Source: Gammaproteobacteria bacterium (GTDB lineage: Bacteria > Pseudomonadota > Gammaproteobacteria > Steroidobacterales > Steroidobacteraceae). Taken from it: a DNA stretch of 64,000 nt. The notes beneath the pieces were generated by a model that did not search any database, was not told the DNA's origin, and worked only from the letters and a program-made list of their open reading frames with translations. Made by a program: the position numbers and the translations under genes. The stretch is from positions 1,104 to 65,103 of the forward strand of contig JASHSK010000221.1 of NCBI GenBank assembly GCA_030038755.1, written 5' to 3'. Shown in pieces: positions 1-13,368 of this stretch. Each line of letters starts with the position of its first letter. The first letter of the stretch is position 1.

Positions 1-4296
<4,296 letters not shown>

Positions 4297-4306
4297 CCGT
4301 CGCGTC

Positions 4307-4337
4307 GGGCCGGGCCGGCATGCACAGCCGGTCCGGC
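4307..4337 (+). terminator. GC-rich hairpin just after rpoC stop (possible terminator, no T-tract)
   Basis: gggccgggccggc / atgcaca / gccggtccggc: imperfect inverted repeat starting 11 nt after the TAG at 4294-4296. Confidence 0.3.
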
Positions 4338-4369
4338 GACCTGAAGCGAGATCGACCTGAAGCGAGATC
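4338..4369. repeat. 16-bp perfect tandem duplication (gacctgaagcgagatc x2)
   Basis: Read directly: 4338-4353 and 4354-4369 are identical. Intergenic. Confidence 0.9.
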
Positions 4370-4520
4370 GATCGGGGCGGCGGCCCGTGGCCGTCTTGCC
4401 GGCCGGCGGCCGATGAGGTCATACTGAACCTGAGCGGCCGGTCGCGGATGGGGTGCGCGCGGCCACTACAATAGAGCCGTAGCGACAGCAAATCGGTCAA
4501 GTGACATGGGGGAAGAGTCG

Positions 4521-5090
4521 ATGCGAAATTCACTGCTGCTGATTGCACTGTATTGCGCGTGTTCGGTGGCGATGGCCCAGCAGCCGGCAAAGCACCGGGT
4601 GTCAAAAGACGCCGCCGCCGTCGCTCGCGGCCGCTATCTGGTGACCGTCGGCGGCTGCAATGACTGCCATTCCCCGAAAATCCAGACGGCGCAGGGCCCC
4701 GTGGTCGACACGAGCCGGCTCCTGTCAGGGCATCCGGCCAATGAGCGGTTGCCGGAGCTGCCGCCCGGCTTGCTGGCCCCAGGTCAATGGGGCGCAGTGA
4801 CGACCTCCGATGAGACGGCCTGGGTGGGCGCCTGGGGGACGAGCTTCGCGGCCAATCTCACGCCCGATCCGACCGGGCTGGGGAATTGGACCGTGGAGAT
4901 GTTCATCAACTCCATGCGCAACGGCAAGTATATGGGCATCAGCCGGCCGATATTGCCGCCGATGCCCTGGGCCTATTACGGCAAGATGTCGGATAAGGAT
5001 CTCGAGGCGATATTTGCCTACCTGAGGTCGCTGCGCCCTATTGCGAACCTGGTGCCGGAGGCACTGCCGCCGGCGGGTACCTCTCGCTGA
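4521..5090 (+). CDS. secreted monoheme c-type cytochrome
   Basis: Signal peptide MRNSLLLIALYCACSVAMAQ and a single CNDCH haem motif. C-terminal block PPMPW..Y..MSDKDLEAIFAYLRSL is typical of cytochrome c domains. The purine-rich gggggaagag tract precedes the ATG at 4521; the ORF could also start at 4506. Confidence 0.8.
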   Translation: MRNSLLLIALYCACSVAMAQQPAKHRVSKDAAAVARGRYLVTVGGCNDCHSPKIQTAQGPVVDTSRLLSGHPANERLPELPPGLLAPGQWGAVTTSDETAWVGAWGTSFAANLTPDPTGLGNWTVEMFINSMRNGKYMGISRPILPPMPWAYYGKMSDKDLEAIFAYLRSLRPIANLVPEALPPAGTSR

Positions 5091-5097
5091 TCAGGCG

Positions 5098-5129
5098 CCC
5101 TTCGCCGGCGCGAGCGCGCCGGCGAAGGG
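5098..5129. terminator. perfect 15-bp-arm inverted repeat between convergent genes (bidirectional terminator candidate)
   Basis: cccttcgccggcgcg-ag-cgcgccggcgaaggg lies between the cytochrome c stop (5090) and the NmrA-like stop (5176). Confidence 0.6.
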
Positions 5130-5175
5130 TTGGATGCTCATCGCCCGGAAGCCGCGTCTGCGGCGCGACCGCTGC

Positions 5176-6123
5176 TCATTCCAGCGGGATACGCGATTTA
5201 TTCTTCGCGAGCCACTGGTCGAAGGTCTGCAGCGCCGGGTTCAACGAGCGCGCGACCTTCAGATCGCGTGCGCCGACGAACTGCGTTTCGAAGTCGCGGT
5301 AATACTGGAACATGTTGCCGAGGTCCTCGGCGCCGGGGAAGCCGAACTTGCGATACGCGTCGGGCGATACTTCGTTGTAACGCACTTCCGTGCCGAACGC
5401 CTTCGACAGCGACTCGGCCATCTGCTTGCCGGTCAGGTGCTCGCCGGCGATGGCCACGCGCTTGCCGATGTACTCCGGCTTCTTGAAGATGCCGTAGGCG
5501 ACCTTGCCGATGTCCTCGGCGGCGATGCCGGACATGCGCTTGTCGCCCACGGGGAAGGTGATCGCGTACTTGCCGTCCGGCCCCTTCTTCGGGCCCATGC
5601 CGAACAGGTACATGTTGTCCCAGTAGAAGGTCGTCAGCAGGAACGTGACCGGCAGTCCCGCGTCCGTGAAGAAGTGATCGGCCTCACCCTTGGAATCGAA
5701 GTGCGGGCACTTGTACTTGCCCTGCAGTGTCGGCATGCGATTGTCGCTGAGCGGTACGAGCTTGCGCGTGTCCTCGAGCGTCGACCAGATCACATGCTTG
5801 ACGCCGGCGTGCTTCGCGGCCGTCGCCATGTTGCGGGCGTGCGCCTGCTCCTTTTCCGGGGAGAAGTGCGCCCAGAAGAAGGTTACGCAATAGACGCCGT
5901 AGGCGCCGGCAAAGGCGCGCTCCAGGCTCTTCTCATCGTCCAGATCGGCGGCCACGACCTGCACGCCCTGTTTGGCGAGCGCCTTGGCCTTCTCGCTGTT
6001 CACATCGCGGGTGATCGCGCGGGCCTGGAAGCCGCCGTTGGGGTCATCGAGGATGGCGCGAATCAGTCCCGAGCCTTGCGAGCCGGTGGCGCCCATGACG
6101 GCGATGATCTTTTTGTCAGCCAT
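5176..6123 (-). CDS. NmrA-family NAD(P)-binding protein
   Basis: N-terminal Rossmann motif IAVMGATGSQGSGL. Overall NmrA/HSCARG-like pattern over ~315 aa (VHIWSTLED.., KCPHFDSKGE). Confidence 0.85.
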   Translation of the reverse strand: MADKKIIAVMGATGSQGSGLIRAILDDPNGGFQARAITRDVNSEKAKALAKQGVQVVAADLDDEKSLERAFAGAYGVYCVTFFWAHFSPEKEQAHARNMATAAKHAGVKHVIWSTLEDTRKLVPLSDNRMPTLQGKYKCPHFDSKGEADHFFTDAGLPVTFLLTTFYWDNMYLFGMGPKKGPDGKYAITFPVGDKRMSGIAAEDIGKVAYGIFKKPEYIGKRVAIAGEHLTGKQMAESLSKAFGTEVRYNEVSPDAYRKFGFPGAEDLGNMFQYYRDFETQFVGARDLKVARSLNPALQTFDQWLAKNKSRIPLE

Positions 6124-6223
6124 GTTGGTGGTGCCTCTCTAAAGCGAAGTTATCTCTGGTCTCGCCGGCGCATCCCAAGATCGCGCCGACGAGGCCGCTG
6201 CGCACGCGCGACGGAGCGTGCGC

Positions 6224-7336
6224 CTATCCGGCGATTTCCTTGCGGACGATCTTTGCGCCATCGACCAGCGCCTTCAATTTCATCCGGGCGACGGTGCGGG
6301 ACAGCGGCTTCATGCCGCAATCGGTGGACAGATAGACCCTCTCGGGAGGCACCACCTTCAGGACCTTCCTGATCCGCTCGGCAACGTGCTCCGGCGATTC
6401 GACCATCATCGTACGGATGTCGAGCACGCCCACCTGCACTTCCTTGTTCTTGGGCAGCGACTTCAGGCACTCGATGTCCGCCATCTCCCGATTGGCGAAG
6501 TCGAGCACGAACTGATCGATCGGCACGTCGTAGAAGTACGGCAGCACCACTTCATAGCCCTTCGGGAAGATGCCGCTGAGCGCATTGCCCCAGGCATTAC
6601 CGAAGCAGAAGTGCCAGGCGATCTTGGCATCGACGCCCTCGACACACTTGGTGATCACGTCCGCGATCCACTTGTAATCGTTGGGATCGTTCGTGAACAG
6701 CGGCAGCCAGGCCCCCAGGTCCTCGATCTGCAGGTACTTCGCGCCCGCCGCCACCAGCTCCTTCATCTCGGCATTGAAGATCGGCGCCAGCGCCAGGCTC
6801 AGCTCGCGCGGATTCTTGTAATGCTTGAAGTGCACGTGCCAGGCGAGGTTGACCGGTCCCGCTCCCACCGACACCTTGATCGGCTTGTCGGTGAAGCGCT
6901 TTGCGATCCTGTAGAGATCGGCGAGGCGGATGGGCCCGTGCTTGACGGGGCCGCTGTTGATCACACCGCCCCAGTCCGCCAGCAGCTCCACCTCCTTGGT
7001 GCGCACCGCGGCGCCCACCTCGGAAGGGTGCGGCTCCTTGGCCGGCTCGAAGCCCGGAATGCGCTCGTACATGTACCAGCAGAACGAGCCGATCACTCCG
7101 ACATAATCGTCGTAGCTCATCTGGCCGTCGGTGACGATATCCAGACCGGCGTCTTCCTGGTCCGTGATCGCGGCGCGCGTGGCGTCATCGTATGCTTCGG
7201 CGTGTCCGACGTGCTTGAAGGCCACGCGCACATCCTTGCCGAGCAGCTGATACTTGTACCACTCCGGCCGCGGGTACGATCCCACCATCGTGGTGGGGAG
7301 AATGGTGTCTACGATCTTACGTGCCATAAGCGTCAC
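6224..7336 (-). CDS. short MetE-like (cobalamin-independent methionine synthase C-terminal domain family) Zn-methyltransferase
   Basis: LPTTMVGSYPRPEWY N-terminus. Zn-ligand motifs are retained: WHFCFGN (His-x-Cys) and STDCGM (Cys). Length is ~370 aa, i.e. catalytic domain only. Confidence 0.85.
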   Translation of the reverse strand: MTLMARKIVDTILPTTMVGSYPRPEWYKYQLLGKDVRVAFKHVGHAEAYDDATRAAITDQEDAGLDIVTDGQMSYDDYVGVIGSFCWYMYERIPGFEPAKEPHPSEVGAAVRTKEVELLADWGGVINSGPVKHGPIRLADLYRIAKRFTDKPIKVSVGAGPVNLAWHVHFKHYKNPRELSLALAPIFNAEMKELVAAGAKYLQIEDLGAWLPLFTNDPNDYKWIADVITKCVEGVDAKIAWHFCFGNAWGNALSGIFPKGYEVVLPYFYDVPIDQFVLDFANREMADIECLKSLPKNKEVQVGVLDIRTMMVESPEHVAERIRKVLKVVPPERVYLSTDCGMKPLSRTVARMKLKALVDGAKIVRKEIAG

Positions 7337-7471
7337 TGACCCCTTGTTTGGTTTCGATCACCGGCGGTGACAAGCCTGTTGGTGGAAAACTGCCGCTGCC
7401 CGTCAGACTGCTGAACAGCTACGGGAAAGACTTGAGGCAGGCCCCCGCTGAAAATGATTAAGAATGCTATC

Positions 7472-7593
7472 GGGGGCGGATCACGTCAAGCCGCAGTCCG
7501 GCGCCTTGACGCGAGCCGCGCACTGGCTTTACGCTAACAGATCGCTCGGGGCAAATCGGTTCGCTGCGGCGAGCGGTCCCGCCCCCATCCGCC
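7472..7593 (+). promoter_or_regulatory. candidate structured 5' leader (nested stems) ahead of MetE-like gene at 7622
   Basis: Outer pairing ggcggat (7475-7481) / atccgcc (7587-7593) encloses three stems: cgtcaag (7484-7490)/cttgacg (7505-7511), agcc/ggct (7514-7528), and a 9-bp stem gatcgctcg (7540-7548)/cgagcggtc (7570-7578). No family assignment. Confidence 0.3.
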
Positions 7594-7621
7594 ATCGAAT
7601 TCAGTCCCCGGGGAGACTCTC

Positions 7622-8806
7622 GTGTTCAAAGCGTCCGCCAGCGTCGTATTGCCGACGTCGATCATCGGCTCGCTGCCGCGTCCAGGCTGGTACACCGTAC
7701 AGCTCGGTTCGCGCAGCTTTCTCGAGGCGATGGTGAATCTGCGCTACCGCGAGCAGTACGAAGACGCCGTGTCGGCGCACCTGCGCTCGCAGGAAACCGC
7801 CGGCCTGGACATCCTGACGGACGGCGACGCGCATTATGACGATGAGGTGGGTGGCCTGAGCTGGCAGAGCTATCCGACCACGCATATGGCGGGTTTCTCC
7901 CCCACGCCCGAGCCTTCGCAGTACAACGTCGGCGCGGTCGCCTATCCGCGCGGCCATATCCTGCACGACTATCTGGAAGCGCGCGTGTTGCCGCGCATTG
8001 TCGGGCCGGTCGGGCCCGGTAACCTGCAATACGCGGCCATGTGGAAGACCGCGCAGCGGCTGACCACGCGTCCGGTGAAGTTCGGCACCATACTGCCGGA
8101 GCTGCTGGCCGCGACGGTGGCCGACAGTTACTACAAGGATCCCGTCGAACGCACCATGGCGCTGTCGCAGGCGCTCAACCAGGAGCTCAACTCGCTGGCC
8201 GATGCCGGCTGTCCGGTGATCCAGCTCGAGGAGCCTCAGATCCACATGGTCCCGGCGCGTGGCAAGGCCTTCGGCAAGCTCGGCACCGAGGAGCTGCTGG
8301 ATATCTTCAACAGGACGGTCAAGGGGCTGCGTGGCAAGACCGAGGTGTGGTGCCACACCTGCTGGGGGAACCCCTCCCAGCAGCGCATGTTCGTCGACAC
8401 GCAGAGCTATCAGCCGACCCTCGAGGTGCTCAGCCGCGTCGATGCCGATGCGATCACTTTCGAAACCTGCTCGTCGGGCCCGGAGGATCTGGAAGCGATC
8501 GGCAGAATCATTCGCGACAAGAAGATCGTCATCGGCGTGATCGATCATCACACGCTGCAGGTGGAGCGACCGGAGCAGATCGCCGCGCTGATCCGCACCG
8601 CGCTGAAGTACATCCCGCCCGAGCGGCTCATCATCTCTTCGGACTGCGGCATGGGGCGCGAGGGCATGAGCCGCCGGCATGCCGTCTATAAGATGGTGGC
8701 GATGGTGCTCGGCACGAACATCGTGCGCAAGGAGCTGGGGCTTCCGGAAGCGCAGTGCCTGGCGGCCGACCCGCGTTACACGCTGACCGTCACGAAGTCG
8801 GGCTGA
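7622..8806 (+). CDS. short MetE-like Zn-methyltransferase (paralogue, divergent from 6224-7336)
   Basis: GTG start. Has LPTSIIGSLPRPGWY, CHTCWGN (His-x-Cys) and SSDCGMG (Cys). ~394 aa. Confidence 0.85.
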   Translation: MFKASASVVLPTSIIGSLPRPGWYTVQLGSRSFLEAMVNLRYREQYEDAVSAHLRSQETAGLDILTDGDAHYDDEVGGLSWQSYPTTHMAGFSPTPEPSQYNVGAVAYPRGHILHDYLEARVLPRIVGPVGPGNLQYAAMWKTAQRLTTRPVKFGTILPELLAATVADSYYKDPVERTMALSQALNQELNSLADAGCPVIQLEEPQIHMVPARGKAFGKLGTEELLDIFNRTVKGLRGKTEVWCHTCWGNPSQQRMFVDTQSYQPTLEVLSRVDADAITFETCSSGPEDLEAIGRIIRDKKIVIGVIDHHTLQVERPEQIAALIRTALKYIPPERLIISSDCGMGREGMSRRHAVYKMVAMVLGTNIVRKELGLPEAQCLAADPRYTLTVTKSG

Positions 8807-8830
8807 GCCCCGGGTCATGGACGCGCGCGA

Positions 8831-11566
8831 TCAGAAGGTCACGCGCGCCTCGATGCCGTAGGTGGTCGGGGGCCCCTCGGTCCAGCGCGGTCGTCCCGGA
8901 TCCTCCGCCGCCGTCGACAGCTCGTCGCTGAGGTTCGGGTGTATACCGCCCATGTTCCTGACGAACAGCGCATATTCGGCCGGTCCCCTGAGGATGCTGA
9001 ATCTGCCATTCAGCAGGAAGTAGGCGGGTATCAGCCGTGGAAACTCCGGAGAGTTGGCCACGGAGTAGCGGTGGCCGGTATAGCTCCAGTCGAGGTGGAA
9101 GTCCCAATCCATAGCGGGCGTCAACGGGTGCCGATAGTCGCCCGCCGCATTGGCAGTCAGCGGTGCGACCTCCTGGATCGGCGAGCCGGCGGGCGGAATG
9201 GAGATCAGCGCCCCGGGTGAGATGATCCGCGCGTAGTCGTAGCCGATCCCGCCGCTGAGACTGAGCCCCTGGAACGCGACGGCGGAGAACTCCAACTCCG
9301 CCCCCTTGCTGACCGCACTGCCGGAATTGATCGTGGCGCCCTCGCCGCACAGGAACATCAATTCCTCCTGAATGTTGGTCCAGTTGATCCAGTACACCGA
9401 GCTGTCGAGCGAGAAACGGCGGTTGTCGAAAAACGCCTTCTCGCCGAGCTCGTAGTCCCACACCCAGTCCGGCCCATAGTGCGACAGTTCCGTGGGCGTC
9501 AGATGGTCGGCCGCGTAATCGGCCGAGCACAGATTGAGCCCGGGAGGAAATTGCCCGGCGCCGGGACGAAAGCCCTTGGCCGCGTCGGCGTAGACATTCA
9601 GGTTCGGATTGGGCTGGTACTTCACCACGTACTTGGGCGTGAGGACGGTGTCCGATTCGCGGCTGGCCAGACTCAGCGTCGAGGCCGCGTAGGTGATGTC
9701 GGGGTAGGCGATGGCTCCCCACAGCTTGCCACCGGACACCTCTCTGTCCTCCGAGTAGCGCTCACCGAGGATGACGGACCACTGGGAGGTGATGTTCCAG
9801 GTCAGCTCCCCGTAGACCGCTTCTTCCGTGTACGTCGTGGGGTTCCACAGCTCCGCCGTGTTGTTGGTGCCGTAGGCATACCCATAGCCGCTGACCGGCG
9901 TGGCGAAGCCGTCGATGTACTGGTTGAACATCAGTACGGCATCGTTCTTCTCGTAGTACAGACCTGCCGTGAATGTCAGCGGAAAATTCCATGAGGATGC
10001 AAAGCGCAGCTCCTGGGTAATGTCATGCGTATTGGTGAACACGGCCATCGGCGAGGCCAGCAGCGGTGTGCGGTAGCTGAACGCGGTGAACTCGGAGTCG
10101 TCCTCGTAGTCGCGCTCGTGCCGATCGAAGGCGGAGGTCGCGGAGGTGATGGTACCGGCCGGAGTCGCGTAGTCGATGGTCCCGCCATAGAACATGAACT
10201 GATCATAGATGCCTTCGGCAATGTCGAAGTGCATGTAGTTGGTGGTGTTGGCCGCGCTGTAGTTGCCCAGCGGCAGGCCGTTGGAATCCTCCTTCTGATA
10301 CAGGAACTTCGGCCGGATGGAGAGGTTGGAAAGCGGTTTCCACAGGATCTGCGCGTTCAGACCGTCGTAATCCTCCTGGGCGACGTCCTGCACCTCTCCG
10401 GGTACACATTGGCAGTCGTAGGTGAGCGTTTTCTGATCCCCCGGCGGGGCCACGCCGCTCGTATAGCCCGGCACGGGCCACTTGCGGGTGATCCAGCCGC
10501 CGTCCTGCCCGCGGTAGGGCGTGATGCGTAGCGCCAGGGTGTCGGTGACGATCGGCACGTTCAGGGTGAGATAACCCAGATACCCGGCGCTGCCGCCGTC
10601 GAGCTGCGTGCCCTGGGCGTCGGCGACGCCGGAGAAACGGGTCAGGTCTGGGGCCGTGGTGATCTCGCGGATGGTGCCGCCCATGGAGCGGGCGCCATAG
10701 AGCGTGCCCTGCGGGCCCTCCAGCACCTCGATGCGATCGAGGTCCACCACGCGGGGATCCAGTGAGATCGGCATCGGCAGGTCGTCGAGGTAGAAGCCGG
10801 TGGTGTTGGTGCCCTCGATGCCGCGGATGGCCACGCCGCGGTCATCGACGCTGCCGCCCTCGCTGTAGTCGAAGTTCACATTGGGCACCTGCACGGCGAA
10901 GTCGTCGAAGACTTTGACCTCCGATTGCGACATTTCCTCGGGTGAAATCACATCGATGCTCATCGGCACGTCCAGCGCCGCCTCGCTGCGCCGCTCGGCC
11001 GTGACGACGACTTCCTGCAGCTGGGCCGGCCCCCCGGAAGATATCGCGTCGGCCTGAACATCCGGCGTGCCGTGCGTCGAAGCGCCTCCTGGCAGCGAGC
11101 CGGCGATCAGCTGAGTGAGCACCGCCGCGATGGTTTCACCCCAGCGCGCCAGCTTCGAGGTCTGCGATCGCGTGATCACTATCACGCCGGAGTGCGTGAT
11201 CTCGTAGTCGAGGTCCGTGCCGCCCAGCAGCCGCCCGAGCGCCTGATCGAGCGTGAAGCGTCCCTCAAGCGGCGGGCTGACGATACCGGCGACGATCGAA
11301 GAGCGATAGAACAGGCGGTGATCGCAGATCAGCGCGAAGCTCTGCAGGGCGTCGCGCAGCTGCTGCGGCGGGATGTCGAAGTCGTAAAGGGTGCTCGCGA
11401 CGGCGCTGCCCGTCGCCGTGTCGGGCCTCACCGTGTCGGACGTCACCGGGTCGGGCCTCGCCGTGCCCGCGGCGGCGACACTCATGTGAACGGCCAGGAT
11501 GGCGCAGAGGCACACGCGCGCAGCGCGTTGCCGCACACGGGTCGGCACACGAAGATTCCAGCGCAC
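8831..11566 (-). CDS. TonB-dependent receptor/transducer with N-terminal STN signalling domain (FecA-type)
   Basis: STN-like block YDFDIPPQQLRDALQSFALICDHRLFY..LEGRFTLDQALGRLLGGTDLDY. Plug motif LQEVVVTAERR..IDVISPEEM, GVAIRGIEG and a terminal aromatic (..ARVTF). The ORF is open to 11827 but that overlaps FecR. The GTG at 11566 gives a signal-like N-terminus; start is uncertain. Confidence 0.85.
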   Translation of the reverse strand: MRWNLRVPTRVRQRAARVCLCAILAVHMSVAAAGTARPDPVTSDTVRPDTATGSAVASTLYDFDIPPQQLRDALQSFALICDHRLFYRSSIVAGIVSPPLEGRFTLDQALGRLLGGTDLDYEITHSGVIVITRSQTSKLARWGETIAAVLTQLIAGSLPGGASTHGTPDVQADAISSGGPAQLQEVVVTAERRSEAALDVPMSIDVISPEEMSQSEVKVFDDFAVQVPNVNFDYSEGGSVDDRGVAIRGIEGTNTTGFYLDDLPMPISLDPRVVDLDRIEVLEGPQGTLYGARSMGGTIREITTAPDLTRFSGVADAQGTQLDGGSAGYLGYLTLNVPIVTDTLALRITPYRGQDGGWITRKWPVPGYTSGVAPPGDQKTLTYDCQCVPGEVQDVAQEDYDGLNAQILWKPLSNLSIRPKFLYQKEDSNGLPLGNYSAANTTNYMHFDIAEGIYDQFMFYGGTIDYATPAGTITSATSAFDRHERDYEDDSEFTAFSYRTPLLASPMAVFTNTHDITQELRFASSWNFPLTFTAGLYYEKNDAVLMFNQYIDGFATPVSGYGYAYGTNNTAELWNPTTYTEEAVYGELTWNITSQWSVILGERYSEDREVSGGKLWGAIAYPDITYAASTLSLASRESDTVLTPKYVVKYQPNPNLNVYADAAKGFRPGAGQFPPGLNLCSADYAADHLTPTELSHYGPDWVWDYELGEKAFFDNRRFSLDSSVYWINWTNIQEELMFLCGEGATINSGSAVSKGAELEFSAVAFQGLSLSGGIGYDYARIISPGALISIPPAGSPIQEVAPLTANAAGDYRHPLTPAMDWDFHLDWSYTGHRYSVANSPEFPRLIPAYFLLNGRFSILRGPAEYALFVRNMGGIHPNLSDELSTAAEDPGRPRWTEGPPTTYGIEARVTF

Positions 11567-11589
11567 CCGCTGGATGCGCGTATCAGGCT

Positions 11590-12642
11590 CTATGGCGCGG
11601 GCGCCAGGATCAGCAGATTGGGGCCCGCATGCCGTGCGATCACGGGCAGGGAGGACTGTACGGCCTCGGCGAACACTTCGGTGTCGCCGAGATCGAAGAC
11701 ACCGCTGATGCGCTCGGCCGCCAATGAAGCATCCCCGATCTGCAGCTGCAGACTCGAGTAACGATTCAGCCGCCGTAAGGCGTCCCCCAGGGGAGTATCC
11801 TTGAAGATGATCTTGCCCTGACGCCACGCGATGGCGGCGTCGATGTCGGCATTATGCAGGACCCGTGGCTGCTCCCCCGGCCCTACGTCGAGTTCCTCAC
11901 CGGCCGCCAGATCCAGCATACGGTCGGCACGCAGTGGGTGCAACGGTGCAACTGCGGGCGCGCGGGCACCTGCGCCTGTGCCTGCGGCGGCGGCCGGCGC
12001 CGGCGCCGGCGCGGGGACGGCGACCGTGACCTTGCCGTCGACCATGTCGATCTTCATGCGCTTGTCGAGATATTCGACGTTGAAGGAAGTGCCCACCGCG
12101 GTGATCGTATTGGCGCCCACCTCCACGAGGAATGGGCGCCGCGGATCGTGGGCCACCATGAACTGTGCCTGTCCCTCGAGCAGGTTCACCACACGCGCAT
12201 CCCGCGTCATCCTCACGCGCAGCGACGTTGCCGCATCGAGCGCGATCCGCGATCGATCCGTCAGCTCCACGACCCGCTGCTCGCCGATTCCGGTCTGGTA
12301 GCCGACGCGCCCGACGCTGTGCAGTCCGAGCCAGAGACCTGCCGCGCACAGCATGACCAGCGCGGCGATGGCCCACGGTCGCCGCAGCACGTGGTCGTGA
12401 CGCAGTGCGTCCCGGCGCAGCGCAATGAGCTCGGGCGAGGCCGAATGCGTGCCCACCGCGCGCCAGGCCCGACGCACGATGCTGAACGCGCGCGCGTGGG
12501 CCGGGTCGGCCAGCCACGCCGTCAATTTCTCCTCATCGTGAGACGTCCACTGGTCCGATTTCGCCCGGATGAGGGCCGAGGCGGCCTGCTCCTCGAGGCT
12601 CGCGGACACAGCGTCCGGTGCGGGTTTATCTTCCGGATCCAT
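11590..12642 (-). CDS. FecR-family anti-sigma factor / transmembrane sensor
   Basis: N-terminal anti-sigma region (AASALIRAKSDQWTSHDEEKLTAWLADPAHARAF), a single TM (WAIAALVMLCAAGLWLGL) and a FecR periplasmic domain (IALDAATSLRV...LLEGQAQFMV). It sits between the ECF sigma and the STN-receptor. Confidence 0.85.
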   Translation of the reverse strand: MDPEDKPAPDAVSASLEEQAASALIRAKSDQWTSHDEEKLTAWLADPAHARAFSIVRRAWRAVGTHSASPELIALRRDALRHDHVLRRPWAIAALVMLCAAGLWLGLHSVGRVGYQTGIGEQRVVELTDRSRIALDAATSLRVRMTRDARVVNLLEGQAQFMVAHDPRRPFLVEVGANTITAVGTSFNVEYLDKRMKIDMVDGKVTVAVPAPAPAPAAAAGTGAGARAPAVAPLHPLRADRMLDLAAGEELDVGPGEQPRVLHNADIDAAIAWRQGKIIFKDTPLGDALRRLNRYSSLQLQIGDASLAAERISGVFDLGDTEVFAEAVQSSLPVIARHAGPNLLILAPAP

Positions 12643-13153
12643 CGTTATCCATCCGCCGAGCCAAATGGGCCAATGCCCGGGCGAGGTGCTGACCGACCGC
12701 GCTCACGGAGATGCCCATCAGCTGCGCGATGTCCGCCTGCTTCATGTTTTCCAGCCGGTACAGCACAAAGATCTCCCGGGTACGCTGGCCAAGCTCGCGC
12801 AGCGCGCTCACGATTCTTTCCAGCTCCTGTCTGCCAGAGAGTACGCGCTCAGGCGATTTTTCCTCAGCCAGGCCTGGCGTCTGCTCGCTGCAATCCACGA
12901 CCGTGCCGTGCGTCAGCTTGCGGCGGCCACGGTCGCGCCAGCAGTTGATCGCAATCCGGAAGATGTAGCTTCTGGCCTGCTCGGCCGAAGCCCATTGCGA
13001 GTGGGTCAGCGCGCGCAGTATGACGTCCTGCGCGAGGTCCTCCGCCTCCGCAGGGTCGCCGCAGCGGCGCAGGAAGAAGGCGATCAGCGCCGGTCGCAGC
13101 GGCACGATCAGTGCCGCCGCATCGACGCAGCGTGGGGTGGCTTGGGGCGGCAT
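12626..13153 (-). CDS. ECF (FecI-like) RNA polymerase sigma-70 factor
   Basis: Region 2 DPAEAEDLAQDVILRAL..IFRIAINCWRD and region 4 REIFVLYRLENMKQADIAQLMGISVSAVGQHLARA. The ORF is open to 13372, but M at 13153 gives a typical ~175 aa ECF. It overlaps the FecR start by 17 nt. Confidence 0.85.
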   Translation of the reverse strand: MPPQATPRCVDAAALIVPLRPALIAFFLRRCGDPAEAEDLAQDVILRALTHSQWASAEQARSYIFRIAINCWRDRGRRKLTHGTVVDCSEQTPGLAEEKSPERVLSGRQELERIVSALRELGQRTREIFVLYRLENMKQADIAQLMGISVSAVGQHLARALAHLARRMDNDGSGR

Positions 13154-13200
13154 GCGCGATGTTGGCACTACTGCGCCGCCAAGGTTGCACAACCGGTGCC

Positions 13201-13228
13201 GTGCTTGCAACGTCGTGCTTGCAACGTG
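13201..13228. repeat. 14-bp tandem direct repeat (gtgcttgcaacgtc / gtgcttgcaacgtg) in sigma/receptor divergent intergenic region
   Basis: Read directly; 13 of 14 positions identical. A related ggttgcacaacc dyad lies at 13183-13194. Confidence 0.85.
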
Positions 13229-13334
13229 GGAGGGATGTGGATTTCGATGAGTCACGCGTATTGGACTAGATAAGAGTGTCGCGTTTTTGCTGAGCGGCGA
13301 AGGGTTCCTCTTCACCGGCCGCGCAAAGACCCTA

Positions 13335-13368
13335 GAAGAAGTCGGACTCAGGAAGAAGTCGGATTCAG
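13335..13368. repeat. 17-bp tandem direct repeat (gaagaagtcggactcag / gaagaagtcggattcag)
   Basis: Read directly; 16 of 17 identical. It ends 16 nt before the ATG at 13385. Confidence 0.85.

Noticed and set aside
7337-7621. Cobalamin riboswitch in the MetE-like divergent region.
   Set aside because: Only loose resemblances were found (AAGCCGCAGUCCGGCGCC versus the B12 box; GCGCACUGG versus GCCACUG). They occur in the wrong 5'-3' order on either strand. The region is reported only as an unclassified structured leader.
11567-11827. N-terminal extension of the FecA-type receptor ORF.
   Set aside because: It overlaps the 3' end of the FecR gene in another frame and encodes an Arg-rich non-signal sequence. 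A GTG at 11566 just after the FecR stop gives a plausible signal peptide.
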